DNA of 32,000 nt, taken from Verrucomicrobiota bacterium (lineage in GTDB: Bacteria; Verrucomicrobiota; Verrucomicrobiia; Chthoniobacterales; UBA6821). The stretch's first letter is position 1; each line of letters opens with the position of its first letter. The stretch covers positions 1 through 32,000 of the forward strand of contig WBXG01000013.1 in assembly GCA_008932965.1 (NCBI GenBank). The letters run 5' to 3'. This document shows positions 17,205-25,819 of this stretch, piece after piece. The position numbers were made by a program, and so were the translations under genes. Under the pieces are notes generated by a model, which saw only the letters and a program-made list of their open reading frames with translations, did not search any database and was not told where the DNA came from.

Positions 17205-18011
17205 CTATAACCATGATCCAGCCTCCCTCCAGAGTGCACAAAGAATTTTTTCTGCTACTGAAGCCGATGGAAGGGGAGCATCACAATATCCATGCGCAAA
17301 AGATCCTGGAAATTTTGTAGCTATACGCTCTTGAATTCCTCGTTCTTTGGATGAGAAAGCCTGTTGCACAATCATAAGAGCTCCTTGATGAATAGCCTCA
17401 GAAATATCATTTTGTGCAAGCGTGGAAAACTCTAAGTGTACTGATTCGAGAAAGTATTTTAATGAAGCGTTCGTTAAGAGAACAAATTGAAAAATATCCT
17501 CCCCTATCTGTTTTCGAAGTTTTCTTACAATAGCACCATCGATGATTTGAGTTATTTCATTCTTCATTGAGCAAGAAGCACTCAAGAAGGCTAATCTTCG
17601 AAATCGACCTGGGGGCATCATAGCTAAATTCCAGAGTGGATCCTCTGGAGACCAAGCCACGGAGGAACTCCAGGACAGTTGAGATTTTAAAAGTGGATCC
17701 ACATAGGCACTAACTCGAGAATCCGTTAAAAAGATCTTGAATAGAGAGCCAGGAAAAAAAGAAGTTAATAGCTCAAAAGAAGCATGACGTAGAGGTGAAT
17801 TATTCCAATAAATCCATTGATCAATAGCAGAAGCGGCAGCCTCTCTTTTTATCCAAGCGTCAAGAAGTTCATCACTCCAAAGGTGAGAGCTGCTGCTTGG
17901 GACGATCTTGTTAAGATCCGAAGATTCTAGTGTGGAGTTCATTCCTGCTTCTTGGTTTATCCAAAGGGCCTTGCTTTTGAAACGTAAATCTGAAGTGGTT
18001 TTCGCGTTCAA
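17205..18011 (-). CDS. sctK: Putative sorting-platform protein SctK (YscK position)
   Basis: The ORF lies between sctJ and sctL. SctK proteins are poorly conserved, so the call rests on synteny. The start is uncertain: TTG at 18011 or ATG at 17942. Confidence 0.5.
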   Translation of the reverse strand: MNAKTTSDLRFKSKALWINQEAGMNSTLESSDLNKIVPSSSSHLWSDELLDAWIKREAAASAIDQWIYWNNSPLRHASFELLTSFFPGSLFKIFLTDSRVSAYVDPLLKSQLSWSSSVAWSPEDPLWNLAMMPPGRFRRLAFLSASCSMKNEITQIIDGAIVRKLRKQIGEDIFQFVLLTNASLKYFLESVHLEFSTLAQNDISEAIHQGALMIVQQAFSSKERGIQERIATKFPGSFAHGYCDAPLPSASVAEKILCALWREAGSWL

Positions 18012-18091
18012 TCCAGCTGAAAAATTTCCTTAACAAACTTTCTTTTCTTTCTTTCGAAATCCAAAAACAGTTTGGAATGGGTGAAGCTGGA

Positions 18092-18949
18092 TTACGTTTT
18101 TTCTTCTGTATCAGTGGAGGAGATGACCGGAGGTGATACCGTAAGAGTTGGAACGGAGAGAGGAGCATCCGGAGGATTTTTATTTTCTGATACGATCTCT
18201 GATTTCTTATTCAACAATTCCAAAACAATTTTTTTTCCAAAAATAACAGCCACTACAAGAGCAATACTGATAAAAATAAATCCTAAAATCACGAACCAGA
18301 AATTCCACAAAGCGGACTTAGGAATTTTGATGCCAAAGAAAGAGACCTCTTGCTGCACATTCACAGGATAGTAGTAGTCAATGCTCTCGGACTGAACAAT
18401 AACAACAGAAACATTATCGTAGTTGAGACCTTCAACACTCTTCATCACCAGCGTTTTGATTTGAGGCACTAAAGTCGGAGGAACACTCCCTGGTCGGAAC
18501 TTGAGAAAAACAGAGGCAGAAGAGGGGGTTAATGTTTCTGTGTAGGGATCATTTTTAGGTAATACTAAAGAAACTCTTGCAACTAAGACTCCATCAATGT
18601 GACTGAGGGTTTCTGAAATCTGCTGACTTAAGGCATACATAAAGCGAATTTTTTCTTCGCTTGGCGAGGAGACAATTCCTGTTTTTTTAAAAACTTCACC
18701 GATACCAGAAAATTTCTCGGATGGTATGCCATACCATTTTAACAAGTCTGTTGCAGCAGCGAACTGCTGCCTTGGAACGGAGATTGAAAATAAATTTTCT
18801 TTCTGCGGTGTCTTGACCGCTTGAATATTTCTTACCAAAAGAAGCCCCATCATTGTATTGGCATCTGATTCTGATAAATTGGAATAGAGAATTTCCGGGC
18901 CACATCCTACAAGCATCAAGCAACCTAGGAGCACCACAAGAAATTTCAT
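18092..18949 (-). CDS. sctJ: T3SS inner-membrane ring lipoprotein SctJ (YscJ/PrgK family)
   Basis: The ATG at 18949 is preceded by GAAGGG and gives the signal peptide MKFLVVLLGCLMLVGC with a lipobox. The YscJ-like core includes ILYSNLSESDANTMMGLLL and GVLVARVSLVLP. There is a C-terminal TM segment. The tracked ORF start at 18991 is a GTG further upstream. Confidence 0.92.
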   Translation of the reverse strand: MKFLVVLLGCLMLVGCGPEILYSNLSESDANTMMGLLLVRNIQAVKTPQKENLFSISVPRQQFAAATDLLKWYGIPSEKFSGIGEVFKKTGIVSSPSEEKIRFMYALSQQISETLSHIDGVLVARVSLVLPKNDPYTETLTPSSASVFLKFRPGSVPPTLVPQIKTLVMKSVEGLNYDNVSVVIVQSESIDYYYPVNVQQEVSFFGIKIPKSALWNFWFVILGFIFISIALVVAVIFGKKIVLELLNKKSEIVSENKNPPDAPLSVPTLTVSPPVISSTDTEEKT

Positions 18950-19014
18950 ATAAAATTTCCCTTCAAGCAGTAAATATTTGAATCGTTTCACTCAATTAAA
19001 AAATAGAAGCTTTC

Positions 19015-19437
19015 ATGAAAAAACTTACCGTAGGCAACTCTCACGATCCAATCAAGCAAACTTCGTCTTTATTACCATGGAGAGTCAAGCATCTCCCCTA
19101 CCCACCAGAAACAGTTGAATATTCCCATCTTCAATTACGATGGGTCTCCTGTAAGAAAATCAAATTGCCTTGGATCACCATTCACAAAAGGGAAATAGAC
19201 AAGCCAGGACCTTCTGTAAACTATGACCTTCTATGTTCTCAGCTTGAATCAATATTGAACCAAGAGGAAGTCTCAGGTTATGAGCTTCAATCACTCTACC
19301 CGACCCATTCTGGCTCCTACTCGGTGACCACAACACAAAAGCGGCCTCATCATCAATTTTTAAAAACACAAACTCCAAGCCACCATCTTCACAGCAAAGA
19401 AGCACTTCTCCTTATTTTTAAAAAGAAGGTGAATTAA
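19015..19437 (+). CDS. Doubtful hypothetical ORF (140 aa) divergent from sctJ
   Basis: ATG-initiated ORF with no Shine-Dalgarno sequence and an odd His/Pro/Trp/Lys-rich composition. A 76-aa ORF (19175-19405) overlaps it antisense. The region is not AT-rich as typical spacers are. Coding status is unresolved. Confidence 0.25.
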   Translation: MKKLTVGNSHDPIKQTSSLLPWRVKHLPYPPETVEYSHLQLRWVSCKKIKLPWITIHKREIDKPGPSVNYDLLCSQLESILNQEEVSGYELQSLYPTHSGSYSVTTTQKRPHHQFLKTQTPSHHLHSKEALLLIFKKKVN

Positions 19438-19449
19438 GAATGAATTTCC

Positions 19450-19552
19450 TTAACCCGAATATTTCATACTGAATCGTCATGAGGCGCCGCGAATCCTGAT
19501 GCAGAAACCACTGGCGGTCGGGAGACCGCGGTGGAGACTGCCCTGGCTTTAA
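19450..19552. mobile_element. A-module repeat
   Basis: TTAA+CCCGAATATTTCATACTGAATCG...CCACTGGCGGTC-ggga-GACCGCGGTGG...GCCCTGGCT+TTAA. It shares its right-hand TTAA with the adjacent B-prime copy. Confidence 0.85.
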
Positions 19553-19734
19553 CCCGCATATTTCACACTAAATCTATTACGGCTTGTGGAAAGCTCCTCA
19601 TTACTGCGTTGGTCTCGAATTGTGATTTGGACAGTATGAAACATACAGCCCGGCATCCCAATCCTTTGCCCGCCTTGTACTAATAAGCTTTGCACGGCGC
19701 CTCATGACACTTCAGTATGAAATATCCGGGTTAA
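19549..19734. mobile_element. MITE-like element, subfamily B-prime, full length
   Basis: TTAA+CCCGCATATTTCACACTAAATC ... TTCAGTATGAAATATCCGGG+TTAA. It aligns along its whole length with the reverse complement of the 14241 copy, at roughly two-thirds identity by eye. It lies 25 nt downstream of the xfp stop. Confidence 0.88.
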
Positions 19735-19759
19735 GATTCTCTAAGAAAATATTAAGAGG

Positions 19760-22123
19760 CTATTCTCCCCATTTCCAATGACGTATTTCCGGCATATCCT
19801 CCCCATGCTTATTGATGTACTCCTGATGCTCGATAAGTTTTTCTTTCATCTGCTTTTTGAGATAGACTCCAGTATTGCCAGTTTGTGGAAGGCGATTAAT
19901 CACATCGATGACGAGATGGAAACGATCTAGTTCATTAAGCACGGTCATATTAAAAGCTGTTGTAATGGTTCCCTCTTCTTTGTAACCACGAACATGAAAG
20001 TTATGATGATTGGTGCGGCGGTAAATCAGTCGATGGATAAGCCATGGATAACCATGAAAAGCAAAGATGACCGGTTTGTTTTGAGTAAAAAGATCATCGA
20101 AATCACCTTCATTGAGCCCATGAGGATGTTCTGTTTGTGGTTGAAGTTTCATAAGATCGACCACATTAATGATACGAATTTTTACTGCGGGTAGGTGTTC
20201 TCGTAAAATAGAGACAGCTGCTAAGGTTTCGAGAGTGGGAACATCACCACAGCATCCCATAACGATATCGGTTTCCCCAGCCTGATCATTACTTGCCCAA
20301 TTCCAGATGCCAATTCCTTCAGTGCAATGCGTAACAGCCTCTTCCATCGAGAGCCATTGTGGAGAAGGATGTTTGCCGGCGATGACAACATTGACATAGT
20401 GGCGACTTCGCAAGCAATGATCCATGACCGAGAGAAGAGAGTTGGCATCTGGTGGAAGATAGACACGTACGATTTCAGCTTTTTTGTTCACGACATGGTC
20501 GATAAAACCGGGATCCTGATGTGTGAAGCCATTATGATCCTGCCGCCAGACATGAGATGAGAGGAGGTAATTTAACGATGCAATCTTACTGCGCCATGGT
20601 AATTGGGAGCTAACCTTTAGCCATTTTGCATGCTGATTAAACATCGAATCGATAATATGAATAAAAGCCTCATAGCAATTAAAAAGTCCGTGGCGGCCTG
20701 TGAGCAAGTATCCTTCGAGCAATCCTTCACATTGATGTTCACTGAGCATTTCAATAACGCGTCCCTCAGAGGCAAGAAATTCATCAGATGTAAGATATTC
20801 TCCCATCCACTGACGCTTGGTCACTTCGAAGACCGCTCCAAGTCCATTAGAGAGTGTTTCGTCAGGACCAAAAATACGGAAGTTTTTCTTTTCCTCATTC
20901 AGGGCAATAATATCACGTAAAAAAGGTCCTAGGATCCGCGTGTCGCCGATAGCCATGATTCCTGGCTCTAAAACCGGAATGGCATAATCACGAAAATCAG
21001 GTATCCGTAAATCGGTTAAAAGCATCCCCCCATTGGCATGAGGATTAGACCCCATACGTCGCTCACCTCGAGGGGCAAGTTCTTGAATTGCTGGTTTCAG
21101 ACGACCGTATTGATCAAAGAGTTCTTCGGGTTGGTAGCTTTTCAACCAATCCTCTAAGAGTTGAAGATGCTGGGGATCTTTTATGGGATTGGTGATAGGG
21201 ACTTGATGAGCATGAAAGGTTCCCTCATTGGGAATACCATCAATTTTTTTCGGCCCCGTCCATCCTTTGGGTGACTTTAACACAATCATCGGCCAACGAG
21301 GGCGTTCTTTTCTTTGAGACGAGAGGGCCTCTTCTTTTATTTTTTTAATCTCTTCGATGACGCAATCGAGTGTTGAGGCCATCTCCTCATGCATGAGCAT
21401 GGGGTCCTCCCCTTCGACAAAATAGGGGTTCCATCCATAACCACGAAGAAGCTGTTCTAATTCTTCATGGGAAATACGGGCTAGAAGTGTGGGGTTGGCA
21501 ATTTTATAACCATTGAGATGCAGAATAGGGAGAACGACCCCATCAGTTGAGGGGTTGAGGAATTTATTGGAATGCCAGGCTGTGGCGAGAGCTCCAGTTT
21601 CTGCTTCTCCATCTCCAATAACACAGGCCACATAAAGATCTGGATTATCCAGAGCTGCTCCAAAGGCATGGCTTAATGAATAGCCAAGCTCCCCTCCTTC
21701 ATGAATAGAACCAGGGCATTCAGGAGATACGTGACTTGGGATTCCTCCGGGAAAAGAAAATTGAAGAAAGAGTTTTTGGAGGCCCTCTTCATCCTGGCTG
21801 ATGTTAGGGTAAATTTCACTGTAGCTCCCTTCAAGGTAAGTATTGCTCACAAGCGCTGGACCACCATGTCCTGGGCCAGAGATATAGATCATATTGAGAT
21901 CATATTTTTTGATGATGCGATTGAGGTGCACATAAATAAAATTTTGTCCTGGAGTTGTACCCCAATGGCCTAACAACATTTTTTTGATATCCGTAGTGGC
22001 TAGGGGTCGTTTTAGGAGTGGATTATTTGCAAGGTAAATCTGTCCTACAGATAGATAATTAGCAGCTCTCCAGTAAGCATCAATGTTGTGAAGGAGCTCT
22101 TGAGAAAGGGTATTTTTTTTCAT
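19760..22123 (-). CDS. xfp: Xylulose-5-phosphate/fructose-6-phosphate phosphoketolase
   Basis: 787 aa. The N-terminus ([18 protein letters not shown]), [15 protein letters not shown] and the TPP-binding GDGEAETG are XFP family hallmarks. Its start overlaps the ackA stop (ATGA). Confidence 0.95.
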   Translation of the reverse strand: MKKNTLSQELLHNIDAYWRAANYLSVGQIYLANNPLLKRPLATTDIKKMLLGHWGTTPGQNFIYVHLNRIIKKYDLNMIYISGPGHGGPALVSNTYLEGSYSEIYPNISQDEEGLQKLFLQFSFPGGIPSHVSPECPGSIHEGGELGYSLSHAFGAALDNPDLYVACVIGDGEAETGALATAWHSNKFLNPSTDGVVLPILHLNGYKIANPTLLARISHEELEQLLRGYGWNPYFVEGEDPMLMHEEMASTLDCVIEEIKKIKEEALSSQRKERPRWPMIVLKSPKGWTGPKKIDGIPNEGTFHAHQVPITNPIKDPQHLQLLEDWLKSYQPEELFDQYGRLKPAIQELAPRGERRMGSNPHANGGMLLTDLRIPDFRDYAIPVLEPGIMAIGDTRILGPFLRDIIALNEEKKNFRIFGPDETLSNGLGAVFEVTKRQWMGEYLTSDEFLASEGRVIEMLSEHQCEGLLEGYLLTGRHGLFNCYEAFIHIIDSMFNQHAKWLKVSSQLPWRSKIASLNYLLSSHVWRQDHNGFTHQDPGFIDHVVNKKAEIVRVYLPPDANSLLSVMDHCLRSRHYVNVVIAGKHPSPQWLSMEEAVTHCTEGIGIWNWASNDQAGETDIVMGCCGDVPTLETLAAVSILREHLPAVKIRIINVVDLMKLQPQTEHPHGLNEGDFDDLFTQNKPVIFAFHGYPWLIHRLIYRRTNHHNFHVRGYKEEGTITTAFNMTVLNELDRFHLVIDVINRLPQTGNTGVYLKKQMKEKLIEHQEYINKHGEDMPEIRHWKWGE

Positions 22124-23280
22124 AAATTAAAAATCCGGCAGACAGAACGGGCAATCATGAGCTCCTCGTTTGTGGGGATCATATGTACGGTAACACGACT
22201 TTCTTTGGAAGAGATCAAGGAAGCATTTTTTTGGTTTGCTTCTTCATGAAGTTGGAGTCCTAAAAATTCTAATCCTCTACAAATACGTTCCCGGATGAGG
22301 GGAGCATTTTCGCCAATGCCACCACTAAAAACTAATGTGTCTAAACCTCCCAGTGCAGCAGTATAGGCACCAATCCATTTTTTTGTTTGATAACAAAAAA
22401 GTTCTACGGCTTCTGCTGCTCTAATATCCCTTTCTTCACAAGCAAGTAATTCGCTCATGTGAGAACTTGTCTCTGAAATGCCAAGCAGACCCGATTTTTC
22501 ATTTACCATCTCAGAGAAAGCCTCGCTGGTCATCTTTTCTGTTTGTTCGAGATAGCGTGCTACACCAGGGTCCAAATCACCGGAGCGAGATCCCATGATT
22601 AATCCTGAAGTAGGAGTAAAACTCATACTTGTATCAATACTTTTACCATGATGCACGGCAGCAAGGCTTGCTCCATTGCCTAAATGAGCAAGAATAATAC
22701 GGCCTTGAGCAGCATTTTTTTGAGATAATTCTTCCATGAGATATTCATAGGAGAGGCCATGAAATCCAAATCGCTCTAGGCCTTTATTAAGGTAGTGTCG
22801 AGGGAGGGGAAGTAATTTTGCAACACGCGGCATTGTCTGATGAAAGGAGGTATCAAAGCAGGCGCATTGATCAAGATGAGGATACTGATGATAGAATGCC
22901 TCAATGAGGTTGAGTTCCTGTGGTAAATGATCGGGTGCATAGCGCTTAAGAGTGTGCAACTCTTGGAGTAAATTTGAATCAATGCGTTGTGGCGTACGAT
23001 GAAACATTCCATGAACAACGCGGTGACCAATAATTGTTCCGCAACAGAGTGCTTTCTGATGTTCTAACCAGTTTAGAAGAAAGGAAGCTGCCGATGTATG
23101 GTCGATGACTGAAGTCGTATCAACTAGGTGAGGCTTTTCTCCTTTTTTTTGAAAAAAAAGCGATGTGTTCTCTTGATTGATATTTTGAACTTTCCCTTGA
23201 AATAAGAGCTCTGTTTTTTGATAAAGAGCGAATTTAATACTTGAAGATCCAACATTGATACTGAGGATTTGGAACTTCAT
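22120..23280 (-). CDS. ackA: Acetate kinase
   Basis: 386 aa with [25 protein letters not shown] and VFSGGIGEN motifs of the acetate/propionate kinase family. Confidence 0.93.
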   Translation of the reverse strand: MKFQILSINVGSSSIKFALYQKTELLFQGKVQNINQENTSLFFQKKGEKPHLVDTTSVIDHTSAASFLLNWLEHQKALCCGTIIGHRVVHGMFHRTPQRIDSNLLQELHTLKRYAPDHLPQELNLIEAFYHQYPHLDQCACFDTSFHQTMPRVAKLLPLPRHYLNKGLERFGFHGLSYEYLMEELSQKNAAQGRIILAHLGNGASLAAVHHGKSIDTSMSFTPTSGLIMGSRSGDLDPGVARYLEQTEKMTSEAFSEMVNEKSGLLGISETSSHMSELLACEERDIRAAEAVELFCYQTKKWIGAYTAALGGLDTLVFSGGIGENAPLIRERICRGLEFLGLQLHEEANQKNASLISSKESRVTVHMIPTNEELMIARSVCRIFNL

Positions 23281-23286
23281 GAAGTT

Positions 23287-23892
23287 TTATTGCAAGTGAC
23301 TCGTATCATTCCAAAGTCGAATAACAGGTTCAGAAGAATTATGCTCGTAACCAAGGATGCTTAGACTAGCAGTACTCAAAAGATAAAAGCGACCATCATT
23401 GGCTGGAAGGTCAAGCCATCGTGTAGCCAGCATCCTAAGAATGTGGCTATGGGCAAAGAGCAATATATCTCCTGGTGCTTCTTGTTGGAGTGATTTGATT
23501 TTTTGGATCAGTTGATCACAGCGCGTTGCAACCTGGTTCGGAGACTCCCCACCGGGGCATCCATCCTTAAAAATAAGCCAATCTGGCTTTTTTTGTAGAA
23601 TTTCTTTTGTGGTCAATCCTTCGTATTCACCATAATTCCACTCCAGTAAATAGGGCTCTGGTTGGACGAGATCCTTAAAACCAGCTAAGGCAGCTGTTTT
23701 CATTGCACGTTGCAAAGGACTTGAATAAACGTGAGTGAAAGATTTTTTTTTAAGACGCTCTCCGAGCTGTTGTGCGTTTTTTTCTCCCTGAGGAGTAAGC
23801 GGAATATCGGTGTGACCGGTATGTTGACCTGAAAGACTCCAAGCTGTTTCACCGTGACGTGCGAGGTAGATTTGAGGAAGGTTGGATGGCAT
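23287..23892 (-). CDS. Histidine phosphatase family protein (phosphoglycerate mutase-like)
   Basis: 201 aa with the RHGET catalytic motif near the N-terminus (YLARHGETAWS) and a second conserved His (LFAHSHILR). It ends 6 nt upstream of ackA. Confidence 0.85.
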   Translation of the reverse strand: MPSNLPQIYLARHGETAWSLSGQHTGHTDIPLTPQGEKNAQQLGERLKKKSFTHVYSSPLQRAMKTAALAGFKDLVQPEPYLLEWNYGEYEGLTTKEILQKKPDWLIFKDGCPGGESPNQVATRCDQLIQKIKSLQQEAPGDILLFAHSHILRMLATRWLDLPANDGRFYLLSTASLSILGYEHNSSEPVIRLWNDTSHLQ

Positions 23893-23951
23893 AAATAATA
23901 ATATTGTAGCGTTATTGATTCTATTAGAGCTGCTCGGTAGGGGATTCTTTT

Positions 23952-24122
23952 CTACCCTTCATAGTGCTCCATATGGCGAATAAGACGAGCAGAACCTTTA
24001 TTAAGATTGTTATCAAGACGAGCAGCATCTTTAGAAGATGTATCGATAGCTGTGCAGGAGCAGAGCATTCCAACAATGAAAGATAAAAAAATCCTCCTAA
24101 AATAATATTGGTTTTTTTGCAT
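23952..24122 (-). CDS. Possible small lipoprotein (56 aa), below the ORF-track size cutoff
   Basis: Hand translation gives MQKNQYYFRRIFLSFIVGMLCSCTAIDTSSKDAARLDNNLNKGSARLIRHMEHYEG. It has a basic N-terminus, a hydrophobic core and MLCSC, which fits the lipobox pattern. It lies 59 nt upstream of the phosphatase gene on the same strand. Confidence 0.35.
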   Translation of the reverse strand: MQKNQYYFRRIFLSFIVGMLCSCTAIDTSSKDAARLDNNLNKGSARLIRHMEHYEG

Positions 24123-24185
24123 TGCTGAAAAATGAATGTTTAAAAAAAAGATTCAATATAATTGTATTTCTGTCACTCTCATTAA

Positions 24186-25724
24186 ATGGAAGTTGAAATC
24201 TTAGCTAGGATTCAGTTTGCATTCACGGTAGCTTTTCATTACATCTACCCCCCTTTAACGATGGGCTTAGGGCTACTGCTAGTGCTGATGGAGGGGACAT
24301 TTATTGTCACCGGAGATCGCATGTATCATCGTTTAGCCCACTTTTGGACACGCATTTTTGCTGTTATCTTTTCCATTGGAACAGCCACAGGCATTGTCAT
24401 GGAGTTTGAGTTTGGCACCAATTGGGCTACCTATTCTCGTTTTGTTGGGGATATTTTTGGAAGTGCTCTAGCTGCAGAAGGTGTTTTTGCCTTTATGCTG
24501 GAGGCAGGCTTTCTTTCGTTACTTCTTTTTGGTTGGGATAAGGTAGGAAAAAAGACCCACTTTTTTGCTACCTGTATGGTTTGTTTAGGATCTCATTTCA
24601 GTGCTATTTGGATTGTTGTTGCTAATTCCTGGATGCAGACACCTGCCGGCTATCACCTGGAATTATTTCAAAATGGTGTGCACTCGATTCTACCTGCTGA
24701 TTATATTTTACAGACAGCTGATATAGGGCATGTACGTGCTGTAATCGATAGTTTTTGGGAAATGGTGTTCAATCCCTCATCGCTACAACGCCTCTGTCAT
24801 GTAATTTTTGGAACATGGCTATCGGGTTCTTTTCTTGTCATCAGTGTGAGTGCCTATTACCTCATTCGCGGTAGGCATCGTCGTTTTGCAGAGGCCTCGA
24901 TGACGATAGCCATTTTTTTAGCGGCTGCGACTAGTGTCTTTCAATCGATCAGTGCTGATGCTACTGCACGTGGTGTTGTTCAACATCAACCTATTAAGTT
25001 GGCAGCTATGGAAGGGGTTTATCATACCGCTCCTTATACTCCGATGAATCTCTTCGGCTATGTGGATGCATCGCAACAAACTGTCTACTCGATTCAAATA
25101 CCAGGATTGCTCAGTCTATTAGCATTTCATAATATAAAGACACCTGTGATTGGACTGGATCAACTACCTTCTGATGCATTTCTTGCCGCTAGAAATCCTG
25201 GAAAATCAGCTCAGGAACTTGCTGCACTACGTCCTCAATATTGGCCTAAAGTTCAAGGAGTTTTCCAAACATATCACATCATGATTATTTTTGGATCGAT
25301 CGTTTTTGGAATGGCCTTTTTCTCTCTCTTTCTATGGTGGAAGGGATGGCTCTTTAGGACTGATTCACTTCTGGTGCGCCTCTGGCTTTTCTTATTAATT
25401 TTCTCTGTTTTGTTTCCACAGATCTGCAATCAAGCTGGATGGTTTACTGCGGAGATGGGACGTCAGCCTTGGGTCGTGTATAATATCCTTAAAACCTCAC
25501 AAGCATTTTCAAAAAAAGTTTCCTCGGATCAAGTGCTAGGCTCTCTTCTTCTCTTCTTTGCTATTTATAGTCTCCTTTTCTTTGCCTTTCTTTATCTCTT
25601 AAATCGAAAAATTCAACATGGTCCTGATGATCCTGAAGAAGATCCTGAACCGTTGGAAGATGGAAAACGTGACTTTTTCTATCAACTTATGGTGGGTACT
25701 GACTCCTCACGTGCTTCTTCATAG
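24186..25724 (+). CDS. cydA: Cytochrome bd ubiquinol oxidase subunit I
   Basis: 512 aa. The N-terminus is LARIQFAFTVAFHYIYPPLTMGL. GWFTAEMGRQPWVVY is the family signature. It has an acidic C-terminal tail. Confidence 0.95.
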   Translation: MEVEILARIQFAFTVAFHYIYPPLTMGLGLLLVLMEGTFIVTGDRMYHRLAHFWTRIFAVIFSIGTATGIVMEFEFGTNWATYSRFVGDIFGSALAAEGVFAFMLEAGFLSLLLFGWDKVGKKTHFFATCMVCLGSHFSAIWIVVANSWMQTPAGYHLELFQNGVHSILPADYILQTADIGHVRAVIDSFWEMVFNPSSLQRLCHVIFGTWLSGSFLVISVSAYYLIRGRHRRFAEASMTIAIFLAAATSVFQSISADATARGVVQHQPIKLAAMEGVYHTAPYTPMNLFGYVDASQQTVYSIQIPGLLSLLAFHNIKTPVIGLDQLPSDAFLAARNPGKSAQELAALRPQYWPKVQGVFQTYHIMIIFGSIVFGMAFFSLFLWWKGWLFRTDSLLVRLWLFLLIFSVLFPQICNQAGWFTAEMGRQPWVVYNILKTSQAFSKKVSSDQVLGSLLLFFAIYSLLFFAFLYLLNRKIQHGPDDPEEDPEPLEDGKRDFFYQLMVGTDSSRASS

Positions 25725-25819
25725 AGGCTTTCTGTAAGAGTGAAAAAATAGCTAGGAAATTGGAAAGTTGAAATTGAAGAAACAATAAAGAAAAACTGTA
25801 GATTGCAACTTATAAAGAT

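Noticed and set aside
943-18949. Initial impression of a chlamydial-type T3SS, based on the AT-rich genome, cydAB and weak Shine-Dalgarno sites
   Set aside because: Chlamydial loci split J-K-L-R-S-T from N-O-P-Q and place copN-scc next to cdsV-cdsU. Here J-K-L-N-O-P-Q-R-S-T-U is contiguous, a SycN/X/Y-like trio precedes sctV, and the SctN and SctV motifs fit YscN and LcrD better as recalled.
450-19734. Classical integrase-mediated genomic island or prophage at tRNA-Ser
   Set aside because: No integrase, recombinase or phage gene is present, and I found no copy of the tRNA 3' end at the distal boundary. The island-like layout is reported only as repeat-flanked, not as an integrative element.
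25725-25819. The 95-bp cydA-cydB spacer, checked for a small cydX-like ORF
   Set aside because: No ATG- or GTG-initiated frame of useful length is present. The region after cydB is fully occupied by the repeat element, so no cydX candidate can be supported here.
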